Positions 19,867 through 28,769 are shown, counted from the stretch's first letter. The stretch: DNA of 64,000 bases from an uncultured Candidatus Saccharibacteria bacterium (GCA_964459225.1 CAYWKB010000001.1:289318-353317), one strand, 5' to 3'. Translations and numbers: made by a program. Notes: a model not told the origin generated them from the sequence alone.

Positions 19867-20445
19867 TTATACTCCAGGTAAAATATTTATTTTTGAAATT
19901 GGATATAGACGCAATAGTGGTCTGCCAACAATATAACTTTCCTCTAATGGACCCCATTCTCTGGAGTCTGAGCTGTTGGCTCTATTGTCTCCCATGACAA
20001 AGTATTCATCATGGGCTAGAGTTTTCCTGAAAGTATCATGTGTTCTGTTTGATTCTGTAACATGGCTATCGTCAATCACTATTCCTTTTGGATTTGCGCT
20101 GTTTATTATTGTTATAATTCCATTATCCATTGAAATTGTCTCATCTGGTAGGGCAATTATTCTTTTTATTAAATATCTTTCATTTTGAGCAATAGGATGC
20201 TTGAAAACAACCACATCTCCTCGCTCTGGTTTATTGAAATGATATGTAACTTGATCAACAATCAAATAATGACCAGTTGCAAATGTTGGATCCATAGATG
20301 GACCCTTAACGATAAAAGGTTCAGCGATATATGCTCTAAAAGGTATGATGATAGCAAAAGCAATAATTGTAAATTTTAGTATATCTTTAAAAGAATTTTC
20401 TTTTTTAATAGAAATATTTTCTTGATTGAGATTTTGAGTGTCCAT
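19867..20445 (-). CDS. lepB: Signal peptidase I
   Basis: GPSMDPT (Ser), YLIKRIIALP (Lys), GDNRANSSDSR; ATG 20445 preferred. Confidence 0.97.
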   Translation of the reverse strand: MDTQNLNQENISIKKENSFKDILKFTIIAFAIIIPFRAYIAEPFIVKGPSMDPTFATGHYLIVDQVTYHFNKPERGDVVVFKHPIAQNERYLIKRIIALPDETISMDNGIITIINSANPKGIVIDDSHVTESNRTHDTFRKTLAHDEYFVMGDNRANSSDSREWGPLEESYIVGRPLLRLYPISKINILPGV

Positions 20446-20508
20446 TACTGCAATTGTATTATGGATTTTGGTTTGACACAAGATTTCTGTATATGGCACA
20501 ATGGTGTC

Positions 20509-21105
20509 ATGGCATACATAATTGCAGGTTTAGGAAATCCAGGACAAGAATACACAAATACTCGTCACAATACAGGACGAATTGTTTTGGATTATATTAA
20601 AAATGAATTCAAGGGCGAAGATTTTGTGTCAGAAAAGAAATCCAATGCACTTGTAAGTGAAATAAAAATAGGAAAAGAAAAAATAAAACTAATTGAACCA
20701 GAAACATTTATGAATAATTCTGGTAAGTCTATCGTAACTGCTGTTAAAAGTGTAAAAGCAGCAGAAAAGCTGATTGTTATATATGATGATTTTAATTTAC
20801 CTTTTGGAAAGATAAGAATTTCATTTAATAGAAGTTCAGGTGGGCATAATGGTGTTGAATCTATAATCAAATCAATTAAAACCGAGGCATTTATAAGAAT
20901 ACGCATTGGTGTATCTCCCGAAAATGCAAAAGGTATAGCAAAAGTTCCACATGGAAATGATAAAATAGAAAAATTCATATTAGGAGACTTTAAAGATGAT
21001 GAATTAAAAGAATTGAAAAAAATATCTAAAAAATGTGCTTTAGCTATTGAAACAATAGTAAAAGAAGGAAGGGAAAAAGCGATGAGTGTCTATAATGCAG
21101 ATTAA
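20509..21105 (+). CDS. pth: Peptidyl-tRNA hydrolase
   Basis: IAGLGNPG, TRHNTG, TFMNNSG, GGHNG; ATG 20509. Confidence 0.97.
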   Translation: MAYIIAGLGNPGQEYTNTRHNTGRIVLDYIKNEFKGEDFVSEKKSNALVSEIKIGKEKIKLIEPETFMNNSGKSIVTAVKSVKAAEKLIVIYDDFNLPFGKIRISFNRSSGGHNGVESIIKSIKTEAFIRIRIGVSPENAKGIAKVPHGNDKIEKFILGDFKDDELKELKKISKKCALAIETIVKEGREKAMSVYNAD

Positions 21106-22335
21106 ATGAATTTAGAAGATTTCAAAAAATTAAATTTACCAGATACTCCTGGGGTGTATTTTTTTAAGGATAATAATAAAAATATACTATATATAGGTAG
21201 AGCAACATCACTCTATGATCGTGTTAAGAGTTATTTTTCAAATGATTTAATACAGACTAGAGGACCGCTTCTTGTTGATATGATTACAAAATCAAATACT
21301 GTTGAATATATTCAAACAGATACTGTACTTGAGGCAATAATACTTGAATCAAATGAAATCAAAAAATATACGCCATACTATAATACAAAGGAAAAGGATA
21401 ATAAAAGCTATAACTTTGTAGTGATTACAGACGAAGAGTTTCCAAGAGTTATAATGGTACGAGGAAGGACTTTGGAAATCTTAAATGAAAAGGATTTGGG
21501 CTATAAGATTAAATATCAGTTTGGGCCGTACCCTCAAGGTAGTTTATTACGTGATGCCTTGAAAATAATAAGAAAAATATTTCCTTTTAGAGATGAAAAG
21601 GCAAAATTAAAACATCAAGAATCATTTTATAAATCACTTGGACTTTCACCAGATACAGAATCTCCAAATGCAAAAAAAGAATATCAAAGGACTATTAGAA
21701 ATCTTGTTTTATTTTTTGAAGGTAAAAAAGGTCAATTGATTAATACCCTTGAAAAAGAAATGAATGAATTTTCTTTGGCTCAAGATTTTGAAAATGCAAA
21801 AAAGACTAGAGATACGCTATATGCATTAACACATATTCAAGACATTTCACTTATTAAAAATGAAATTAATTTTGATAATACTGATAAAGTAGGGTTTAAA
21901 ATTGAATCATATGATATTGCTCATATGTCGGGTCAGGATACTGTCGGTGTTATGACTGTTGTTATTAATGGCGAAATAGAAAAGGGTCAGTATAAGAAAT
22001 TTAAAATAAGTATTGATGCAAATGATGATACTGCAGGGATAAAAGAAATATTAAATAGAAGATTAAAGCATAATGAATGGAGATTTCCTGATCTTATAGT
22101 TATAGATGGTGGACTCGGACAGATTAATTCAGCAAAAGAGGTTTTGAATAATTTAAATATTAATATCCCTATTGTTTCAGTTGTTAAAAATGATGCACAT
22201 AAACCAAGTTATTTTTTGGGTGATGAAGAAATGGCAAAAAAGTATACAAAAGATATTTTGCTTGCAAATAGTGAATCCCATAGATTTGCAATTGCTTATC
22301 ATAAGAAATTAAGGACTAAAAGATTTATTAGGTAA
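21106..22335 (+). CDS. uvrC: Excinuclease UvrC, short form without HhH tail
   Basis: PGVY..LYIGRA GIY-YIG, UVR helix, IESYDIAH, PDLIVIDGG, ESHRFAI. Confidence 0.9.
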   Translation: MNLEDFKKLNLPDTPGVYFFKDNNKNILYIGRATSLYDRVKSYFSNDLIQTRGPLLVDMITKSNTVEYIQTDTVLEAIILESNEIKKYTPYYNTKEKDNKSYNFVVITDEEFPRVIMVRGRTLEILNEKDLGYKIKYQFGPYPQGSLLRDALKIIRKIFPFRDEKAKLKHQESFYKSLGLSPDTESPNAKKEYQRTIRNLVLFFEGKKGQLINTLEKEMNEFSLAQDFENAKKTRDTLYALTHIQDISLIKNEINFDNTDKVGFKIESYDIAHMSGQDTVGVMTVVINGEIEKGQYKKFKISIDANDDTAGIKEILNRRLKHNEWRFPDLIVIDGGLGQINSAKEVLNNLNINIPIVSVVKNDAHKPSYFLGDEEMAKKYTKDILLANSESHRFAIAYHKKLRTKRFIR

Positions 22336-22427
22336 AAATGGACTCGTCGACTTGCGCTCGGGAGATATTTTTTCTTCAATTAATTTCAGAAAAAACACTC
22401 CCTCACCGTGCCGAGTCTCATTTTTAC
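22332..22427 (+). repeat. Hairpin repeat copy 1 (GTAAAAATG...CATTTTTAC)
   Basis: 36-nt left and 30-nt right arms identical to the copy at 23465; overlaps the uvrC stop codon. Confidence 0.92.
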
Positions 22428-22463
22428 TAATATTACTTCATTTCATCTGCTATAATATATCTC

Positions 22464-23429
22464 ATGCATAGAATACGTGTTGGAGTTTTGCGTGGAGGTC
22501 CGAGCAATGAATACGATGTGTCTTTAAATACTGGAGCTACTGTTCTTGGTAATCTTTCTCCTGAAAAATACAATGTAAAAGATATTTTGATAGATAAAAA
22601 TGGTGTCTGGCATTTGCATGGTATTCCTAGATTGCCTCATGAAGTACTTGCAAATCTCGATGTTGTTTTTAATGCTTTACATGGCGAATATGGTGAGGAC
22701 GGAAAGGTTCAACATATTTTGGAAACTCATGGCATTCCTTATACTGGTTCAAATTCATTTGCTTCTGCAATTGGAATGAATAAACAGATGTCAAAAGATG
22801 TTTATAAGAAAAATAATATCAAAACTCCTGACTCTATTCTTTTGGAATCTCTTTCTGATTTGAGTAAAAATGTTCATGAAATCTTTAAAAAATATCCTCT
22901 ACCTGTTGTGGTTAAACCAACTTCGGGCGGTTCATCTGTTGGTGTTGATCTGGTCTATGATTATAAATATCTAGATGATGCTATAAAAAAGGCATTTGAA
23001 CATTCTCGTTCTGTTATGATTGAAGAATATATAAAAGGTAGGGAAGCCACCTGTGGTGTTGTTGATAATTATCGTGAAAAAGATTTCTATACCTTACCTC
23101 CTATTGAAATTAGACATAATAATAAGTTTTTTGATTATGATGCTAAATATGGTGGTAAAAGTGAGGAAATTGTTCCGGGATATTTTACTGATGAGGAAAA
23201 AAGGGAAATCGAGAGATTGTCTGTTGAGGCTCATAAGGCTCTTGGTATGAGGCATTATTCTCGTTCGGATTTTATTATTCATCCTAGTCGGGGTATATTT
23301 ATTTTGGAGACTAATTCTCTACCTGGTTTGACTAAGGAAAGTCTTATTCCTAAGGCATTGCATGCTGTTGGGGCTTCTATTTCTCATTTCCTCGATCATA
23401 TTATTGAGCTTGCAATAAGGAGGAAATAA
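22464..23429 (+). CDS. ddl: D-alanine--D-alanine ligase
   Basis: GGPSNEYDVS, ALHGEYGEDG, GSSVG, FDYDAKY, ETNSLPG. Confidence 0.97.
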   Translation: MHRIRVGVLRGGPSNEYDVSLNTGATVLGNLSPEKYNVKDILIDKNGVWHLHGIPRLPHEVLANLDVVFNALHGEYGEDGKVQHILETHGIPYTGSNSFASAIGMNKQMSKDVYKKNNIKTPDSILLESLSDLSKNVHEIFKKYPLPVVVKPTSGGSSVGVDLVYDYKYLDDAIKKAFEHSRSVMIEEYIKGREATCGVVDNYREKDFYTLPPIEIRHNNKFFDYDAKYGGKSEEIVPGYFTDEEKREIERLSVEAHKALGMRHYSRSDFIIHPSRGIFILETNSLPGLTKESLIPKALHAVGASISHFLDHIIELAIRRK

Positions 23430-23464
23430 TGTAGAATAATTTTGTTCGGTTATATTGAGTCTAG

Positions 23465-23561
23465 GTAAAAATGGACTCGTCGACTTGCGCTCGGGAGTAC
23501 TTTTATTTGTTCGCAAGCTCAAAATAAAAGTCTCCCTCACCGTGCCGAGTCTCATTTTTAC
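23465..23561 (+). repeat. Hairpin repeat copy 2
   Basis: Same arms as 22332-22427 with a different but still self-complementary centre. Confidence 0.92.
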
Positions 23562-23576
23562 AAAAAATAAACACAT

Positions 23577-23649
23577 GGGCCCGTAGCTCAGTTGGTAGAG
23601 CAATCGCTTTGCAAGCGAAAGGTCAGGAGTTCGAATCTCCTCGGGTCCA
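23577..23649 (+). tRNA. tRNA-Ala(UGC), CCA not encoded
   Basis: Cloverleaf GGGCCCG/CGGGTCC with G3:U70, D-arm AGCTCAGTTGGTAGAGC, anticodon loop TTTGCAA, T-loop GTTCGAATC. Confidence 0.97.
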
Positions 23650-23659
23650 CAACTAAAGA

Positions 23660-23686
23660 AAAAGCTGGCACATGCCAGTTTTTTAT
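23660..23686 (+). terminator. Terminator after tRNA-Ala
   Basis: GCTGGCA-ca-TGCCAGT followed by T-tract. Confidence 0.75.
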
Positions 23687-23831
23687 TTTGTCTTGGATCT
23701 TGAGATTAGATGAATATTATTAATAGTGGGTGTTAAAAAGATTAAATAGTTTTTGTATTTACTATTTAAAAATCACTCTCAATAAGTTATTTTCTAAATT
23801 GACATCATTTAGATTATAGAACATAATCCCC

Positions 23832-23935
23832 AACAGAATAGTCACCCAACTAAACTACATTATCTGAAAAGTTTTCATGATTTGTTGATTATGAAAATGG
23901 GAAAGTCCCTCAGAGGTGTTGTATGGGGTTAAAAT
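23832..23935 (+). promoter_or_regulatory. Structured 5' leader, copy 1
   Basis: 100 nt identical to 24680-24779; begins 5 nt after TTGACA-17-CATAAT (23799-23827). Confidence 0.85.
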
Positions 23936-24559
23936 ATGGAATCGTCTTTTACCCGTGAAAGTATTTCCAGGTCTATAGACCAAGTGAGTCTAGAACTCCA
24001 GTCTAATTGGGGCTCAAGAAATAATTGTCGTCCCGGAGGATTTGCAAATGAATACTGCAGATTAATAAATAAAAGGGAGTCATTAAGTATTGCCTTCAAG
24101 GTTTTTGTCGCTCTGTTTGTGTTGTTTGCAATAGTGGCAATCATCTCAATTTTTAAGGGCGGCTCAATATGGTATATGGTAGTTACGATTGTCATTGGAT
24201 TGATAGCTTTGTGTTTATCTTGCTTGGTCGAATATACCGATCATGAACTTAATGAACTTATTTTATTGATAAAGCAATTCAATTCTGATTTTATTGATCT
24301 GATGATTCCTGTCAGTGTCAATAAGCCTATCGATAAACAGTATTTAATCGACCATGTGACATCACTAGCAATTGCGTGTCGTGAATGCATATCAGCTGGT
24401 GCTGGGCATCTTAACTTAACAGGTGATATTGATGAACAGATATTTATAATCCATAGAGCCACCGACCGCTACTGTAAAGCAGTTAACGGTGCTGCGAAGT
24501 TTGGTGTTAAAATAACCGGCGAAATGATCTCTTCGGGAATTGCCACCAGACATTCATGA
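23936..24559 (+). CDS. Hypothetical 2-TM membrane protein (paralog A)
   Basis: Two hydrophobic segments; C-terminal A..FGVK shared with the 24784 ORF. Confidence 0.8.
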   Translation: MESSFTRESISRSIDQVSLELQSNWGSRNNCRPGGFANEYCRLINKRESLSIAFKVFVALFVLFAIVAIISIFKGGSIWYMVVTIVIGLIALCLSCLVEYTDHELNELILLIKQFNSDFIDLMIPVSVNKPIDKQYLIDHVTSLAIACRECISAGAGHLNLTGDIDEQIFIIHRATDRYCKAVNGAAKFGVKITGEMISSGIATRHS

Positions 24560-24580
24560 CTCTCACCTCGGTTTTTCAAT

Positions 24581-24622
24581 CAGTCCCTGTGCTAGTAGAA
24601 ACTAGTACCGGGACTGCTTTTT
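24581..24622 (+). terminator. Terminator of paralog A
   Basis: CAGTCCC..GTGCTAGT/ACTAGTAC..GGGACTG followed by TTTTT. Confidence 0.8.
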
Positions 24623-24679
24623 ATTATCATGAATGTATAATGTATCTTGACAATACCACATAAAGACAGTATGGTATTT

Positions 24680-24783
24680 AACAGAATAGTCACCCAACTA
24701 AACTACATTATCTGAAAAGTTTTCATGATTTGTTGATTATGAAAATGGGAAAGTCCCTCAGAGGTGTTGTATGGGGTTACAAT
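24680..24783 (+). promoter_or_regulatory. Structured 5' leader, copy 2
   Basis: Identical to copy 1; begins 5 nt after TTGACA-17-TATGGT (24647-24675). Confidence 0.85.
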
Positions 24784-25344
24784 ATGGGCAAGAAAATTAA
24801 TTTAGCTAAATTCAAAGTAGCACTAGACCGAATAGACTCTGAGCTAGTCAGGATATGGAATGAAAAATACAGTTGCGACTTGAAAGATCTTCCCAGGCGG
24901 TATAATGATTGTAGGGCAAAGAGATCTGAATTTAAACTTAAAGAAGGAAAACGGATTTTCTTCATCGTGCTCACTTTTTTCCTTACTATGTATTTTAAAG
25001 GGAATAGTTATGAGCCATCATTGCCGGCGTTTCTGTCTGTGTCCGCCTGTATCATCCTGTTTCTTGAATGGCTCCTTTTTTCTCAAAGCATAAGCATAGA
25101 AAAAAGGAATCTGACAGAAAGCCTTGAAAGAACAGAGCTCATGATCAAAAATTTCATATTCGCTGTGAATTCACTGCTTATTGCAGACCCAGTTGCGATA
25201 ACTACGCAGACAATAATACAACGTGCGAGAGAGATTCATAATAATTTCTCTGAGAATCAAATAACTATAAACAGAGCATACATATGCTTTGAAAGATCAG
25301 CTGAGTCATTTGGTGTTAAGGTCAGTGAGTTGACTCTAAAGTAA
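24784..25344 (+). CDS. Hypothetical 2-TM membrane protein (paralog B)
   Basis: ATG 24784 is positionally equivalent to 23936; two TM segments; SFGVKV end. Confidence 0.8.
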   Translation: MGKKINLAKFKVALDRIDSELVRIWNEKYSCDLKDLPRRYNDCRAKRSEFKLKEGKRIFFIVLTFFLTMYFKGNSYEPSLPAFLSVSACIILFLEWLLFSQSISIEKRNLTESLERTELMIKNFIFAVNSLLIADPVAITTQTIIQRAREIHNNFSENQITINRAYICFERSAESFGVKVSELTLK

Positions 25345-25363
25345 AATGTCCCAATTTCCACAA

Positions 25364-25400
25364 CCCCTTGTTTGGTAGAATCCAGGCAAGGGGCTTGTCT
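25364..25400 (+). terminator. Terminator-like hairpin after paralog B
   Basis: CCCCTTGTTTGG/CCAGGCAAGGGG. Confidence 0.65.
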
Positions 25401-25541
25401 TATGTATAAAAGTGATATTTAAGACTTGTCAATACACTATTGACATAATTATTATTTAGTGTATAGTATTTTTCAGGTGGATCTTAAAAGAAGTTTGAGG
25501 TCCAGTGAAATAGAACAGATAAATCTAACTTTAAAGGAGTT

Positions 25542-25766
25542 ATGGAATTCGAAAGTATATTTATTATTGCAATCGTATCTGCAATTACTATTGTTAAAGT
25601 CACCAAGATTGTTTTTGAAAAAAAGGAGACAAATGTATATGATTCACAATGTGAGAGTTATAGGGCGAGTTCTGCGGCTGAGATAGAGAAGATTAAAGCA
25701 GATGCCGCAGTTGAGATCGCCAAACACCAAAAGGTGTGCGCAAAGTGTGGTGGAAGCCTACAATAG
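25542..25766 (+). CDS. Small membrane-anchored protein with C-terminal CxxC
   Basis: SD AAGGAG, own TTGACA/TATAGT promoter, hairpin at 25792-25823; N-terminal TM, helical middle, CAKC. Confidence 0.7.
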   Translation: MEFESIFIIAIVSAITIVKVTKIVFEKKETNVYDSQCESYRASSAAEIEKIKADAAVEIAKHQKVCAKCGGSLQ

Positions 25767-25938
25767 GGAAAACCACCACACTCCAACCACAAAGCCCCAG
25801 ACAACTTGCTTGTCCTGGGGCTTCCGCTTTTGTGATTTTTATGTTACATTTTGTTAGGTTCAGTTCCTAACCTATTCCATATGTTCCACGTATGGAATGA
25901 AATAAAGAGGTTAACAATCAAAGAGAAAGGAGGTAAAA

Positions 25939-26130
25939 ATGGAAAAAATAATCCAAGTAGAGGAATTTGAAGCCGATATGTCGGATGGCGAAGTGGCCAT
26001 TAGCAGTTCTGAGTCCGATTCGGCAATGACCGAGATTACAGACATCCAGTCTTTGTGGCTCGCTGTGTGCTACCCAGAATACATTGCTGGTAGGAATGCG
26101 CGGAAATTGCGCCATAAAAAAATCCCTTAA
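25939..26130 (+). CDS. Small hypothetical protein (acidic N-half, basic C-end)
   Basis: Perfect SD AAGGAGGT 5 nt upstream; terminator 26162-26190. Confidence 0.7.
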   Translation: MEKIIQVEEFEADMSDGEVAISSSESDSAMTEITDIQSLWLAVCYPEYIAGRNARKLRHKKIP

Positions 26131-26228
26131 ACACCCATAACCTAGTATGAAAAAAGACTAGAAAACACTTCGCTTCTGCGAGGTGTTTTTGTTGTATAAT
26201 AAAACAATTAATCTTTAATTTAATATAA

Positions 26229-26609
26229 ATGAATAGAGTTACACATTTTGAAATACAAGCTGATGATATTGAAAGAGCCACAAATTTTTATAGCGAAATT
26301 TTTAATTGGGAAATTAAAAAATGGGATGGTATGGAATATTGGATGGTGATGACAGCTCCAATGGATAGCACTGAAAGAGGGATAAATGGAGGATTATTAA
26401 AAAGGCCAGCGAATGTAAAAGAATTGCAAAAAGGCACAAATGCTTACGTATGTACAATTGAAGTTTCTGATTTTGATAATATTGCAGATAAAATATTAAA
26501 AGCGGGAGGAATTGTGGCTATGCCAAAATTTGATATAGGAGGTATGGCATGGCAGGGATATTTTATAGATACAGAAGGAAATACATTTGGATTGCATCAG
26601 AGGAAATAA
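26229..26609 (+). CDS. VOC/glyoxalase family protein
   Basis: VTHFEI.ADD.ERA..FY, GINGG, YFIDTEGNTFGL. Confidence 0.93.
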   Translation: MNRVTHFEIQADDIERATNFYSEIFNWEIKKWDGMEYWMVMTAPMDSTERGINGGLLKRPANVKELQKGTNAYVCTIEVSDFDNIADKILKAGGIVAMPKFDIGGMAWQGYFIDTEGNTFGLHQRK

Positions 26610-26640
26610 AATTAGACCCACATTTCTTACGAATGGGGGT

Positions 26641-27192
26641 CTAAATGATTGTCTCCTTTTGGGAGACTTTACCGTCTTCATCTATTATGAGATTGGTTTG
26701 GTCATTGTTCCCAAAAAATCTCCAGAAATCATCTCGCTGTCTCCATGCTTTACCAAGAAATCTGAAATGATCGCAAGTACCTATCACCTTTATCCTTCCT
26801 TCTCTTGTTAAATAAAAATGATTAAAAGGGAAGGATAATGTTGTGTGTGTCTGAATTATGGGTAAATCCTCAGGATCGCTTACCCATTCAAACCCAACCC
26901 TCTTTCTTCTTATACTGAGAATTGTCTGCAATGGCCTACAATCCATTCTTTGCCAGGATATAAAATCCTTTCTGCTTTTAGGATAATTACCCTCATATGC
27001 CCAATTAAGATGAACGGTTATGATTTTACCAACACTATCTAAAACTGGTGCTTCTGAAAGTTCACCTCTCATTATATTTTTACCATGATTCATTTGAACT
27101 TGTATTGGTTTAAGTTCATTGAATAGTCTTTGTAATTCACATGGATCACGTTGGTCCTTGTGCAGACCTGTAATAGATCGCTTTTTGAACAT
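26641..27192 (-). CDS. Hypothetical protein
   Basis: SD GAGGAGGTG 6 nt before ATG 27192; no recognisable motif. Confidence 0.65.
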   Translation of the reverse strand: MFKKRSITGLHKDQRDPCELQRLFNELKPIQVQMNHGKNIMRGELSEAPVLDSVGKIITVHLNWAYEGNYPKSRKDFISWQRMDCRPLQTILSIRRKRVGFEWVSDPEDLPIIQTHTTLSFPFNHFYLTREGRIKVIGTCDHFRFLGKAWRQRDDFWRFFGNNDQTNLIIDEDGKVSQKETII

Positions 27193-27319
27193 ATCTCTCA
27201 CCTCCTCTCAATTGTTAATTGTTTGTGCTGTTCGACGACATTATATCATCTAAATAATTTTCAAACAGTGATTTTTTGTGTTGTAATTGTATTTTATGCC
27301 AGTTATCCACAATATTTAA

Positions 27320-27348
27320 TTGCAGGTGAACGACTGTTCACTTATAAT
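27320..27348 (+). promoter_or_regulatory. Promoter with putative LexA operator GTGAAC-N4-GTTCAC in its spacer
   Basis: TTGCAG-17-TATAAT; palindrome 27326-27341; lexA is the second gene downstream. Confidence 0.75.
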
Positions 27349-27381
27349 ATAAATACATTAGAAATATTAATTTTTATAAAT

Positions 27382-27591
27382 ATGAGTAAAATACAATTAG
27401 CACAAAAAATTAGAAAAGAAATAAAAAAGTTAAACAGGGAAATAGATCTTAAGATTATAAAAGGTCTACCATACAAGGCAGAGGCAAGACGCCATAAGTT
27501 TCTAGTATCACAGTTTTATGGATTCTATGAAACTCAAAAGGCAAGTTGGTTCAAAAAGACGGTATACAGTTTGGCGAGCTTTATGTTATAA
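27382..27591 (+). CDS. Small basic hypothetical protein upstream of lexA
   Basis: ATG 27382 downstream of the promoter; helical K/R-rich 69 aa. Confidence 0.7.
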   Translation: MSKIQLAQKIRKEIKKLNREIDLKIIKGLPYKAEARRHKFLVSQFYGFYETQKASWFKKTVYSLASFML

Positions 27592-27599
27592 ATTATATA

Positions 27600-28166
27600 A
27601 TGATTGAGCAATATAAAAATAAAATATTTGATTTCTATGAAAGGAAAAAGAGAATGCCTAGTTATCAAGAGATAATGGGTATTCTTGGTTTTAAATCTAA
27701 AAATGCCGTTTACAAATTAGTTAACAAAATGATAGAAGCAGGATTAATTGAAAAGGATAGTAGCGGCAAGATATTACCAACAAATCTTTTTCAAGAAATT
27801 AAACTATTAGGACTAGTTGAGGCTGGTATACCTACTGTTGCAGAAGAGGAACCACTCGATACAGTTAATCTTGATAGTCTATTAATCAAAAACAGGGATT
27901 CATCTTATTTGCTTGAGGTAAAGGGAGACTCAATGATAGAGGAGGGTATAAAAGAGGGCGACATGGTAATAGTTGAAAGAAAAAGTGATGCAAAAGATGG
28001 AGACATTGTTATAGCTGAGGTTGATGGTGGATGGACAATGAAATATTTTAGGAAAAAGGGTAATAAAATATTTTTAGAGCCAGCAAACAAAAACTACAAA
28101 CCAATATATCCTGAAAATGATATGAAAATTGCCGCTATTGTTCGTGGTGTAATAAGGAAGTACTAA
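27600..28166 (+). CDS. lexA: SOS repressor LexA
   Basis: wHTH MPSYQEI..GFKSKNAV, AG cleavage site VEAGIP, catalytic Ser GDSM and Lys TMKY. Confidence 0.93.
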   Translation: MIEQYKNKIFDFYERKKRMPSYQEIMGILGFKSKNAVYKLVNKMIEAGLIEKDSSGKILPTNLFQEIKLLGLVEAGIPTVAEEEPLDTVNLDSLLIKNRDSSYLLEVKGDSMIEEGIKEGDMVIVERKSDAKDGDIVIAEVDGGWTMKYFRKKGNKIFLEPANKNYKPIYPENDMKIAAIVRGVIRKY

Positions 28167-28223
28167 TTAAACACAATTTGATTATTAGCAAAATTCAAAA
28201 AATATGTTAGTATTCAAGGCATT

Positions 28224-28769
28224 ATGAAACATTCACATTTCCATATTATCCCACAGGATAAGGCACCAAAAATATTAAATTTAATAGTTGAGATTCGTCA
28301 GGGTGAGTCAAATAAATATGAGTATAATAAAGATTATGGAATTATAGAGCTCGATAGAGTTCTTTATGGTCCTATGTATTATCCGGTAAACTATTGTGAT
28401 GTTCCATCTACATGGAATGAAGGTGATAATGATCCACTCGATGCTGTTGTATTTAGTACGCATCCTATTGTACCTGGCGCTATGGTACGTGGTCGTGTTA
28501 TCGGTATTATGGAAATGATAGATAATGGTGAAGAAGACTATAAGATTATTTGTGTAAATAACAAGGATCCTAGATTTGATCATATCAATCATGTAGATGA
28601 GCTCGCTCCATATGATAGGAAGGATATACAAACATTTTTTGAAACGTACAAAATACCTCAGACAGGTCCAGGGACAGTAAAGATTGGTAAATTCCATGGT
28701 CCAGAAGTTGCCTATGAACATATCAAAAAGGCAATGGAGGTTTATGAAAAAAAGTTTAAGACAAATTAA
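28224..28769 (+). CDS. ppa: Family I inorganic pyrophosphatase
   Basis: NKYEY, LDRVL, YPVNY, DNDPLDAVV, FFETYK. Confidence 0.95.
   Translation: MKHSHFHIIPQDKAPKILNLIVEIRQGESNKYEYNKDYGIIELDRVLYGPMYYPVNYCDVPSTWNEGDNDPLDAVVFSTHPIVPGAMVRGRVIGIMEMIDNGEEDYKIICVNNKDPRFDHINHVDELAPYDRKDIQTFFETYKIPQTGPGTVKIGKFHGPEVAYEHIKKAMEVYEKKFKTN

Noticed and set aside
22332-23561. CRISPR array or integron attC reading of the repeats
   Set aside because: Only two close copies about 1.1 kb apart around a gene, no regular spacers, no cas or intI gene, and ends lack RYYYAAC/GTTRRRY.
23832-23931. Known riboswitch or hammerhead assignment for the duplicated leader
   Set aside because: CTGAAAAG is not CUGANGA; the cores of c-di-GMP-I (GCAAAC/GCAAAG), TPP, glycine and ykkC motifs are absent; GGAAAGTCC alone is too short for RNase P.
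24730-24783. N-terminal extension of the 24730 ORF in the track
   Set aside because: It lies inside the duplicated leader; the equivalent codon in copy 1 is TAA, so ATG 24784 is the likely start.
1546-25400. Shared (T)AGAA loop in several terminators (1546, 24581, 25364)
   Set aside because: Too short to be significant in AT-rich DNA; the stems are unrelated.
27303-27311. Replication origin suggested by a TTATCCACA box
   Set aside because: Single box, no cluster, and no dnaA/dnaN in the window.
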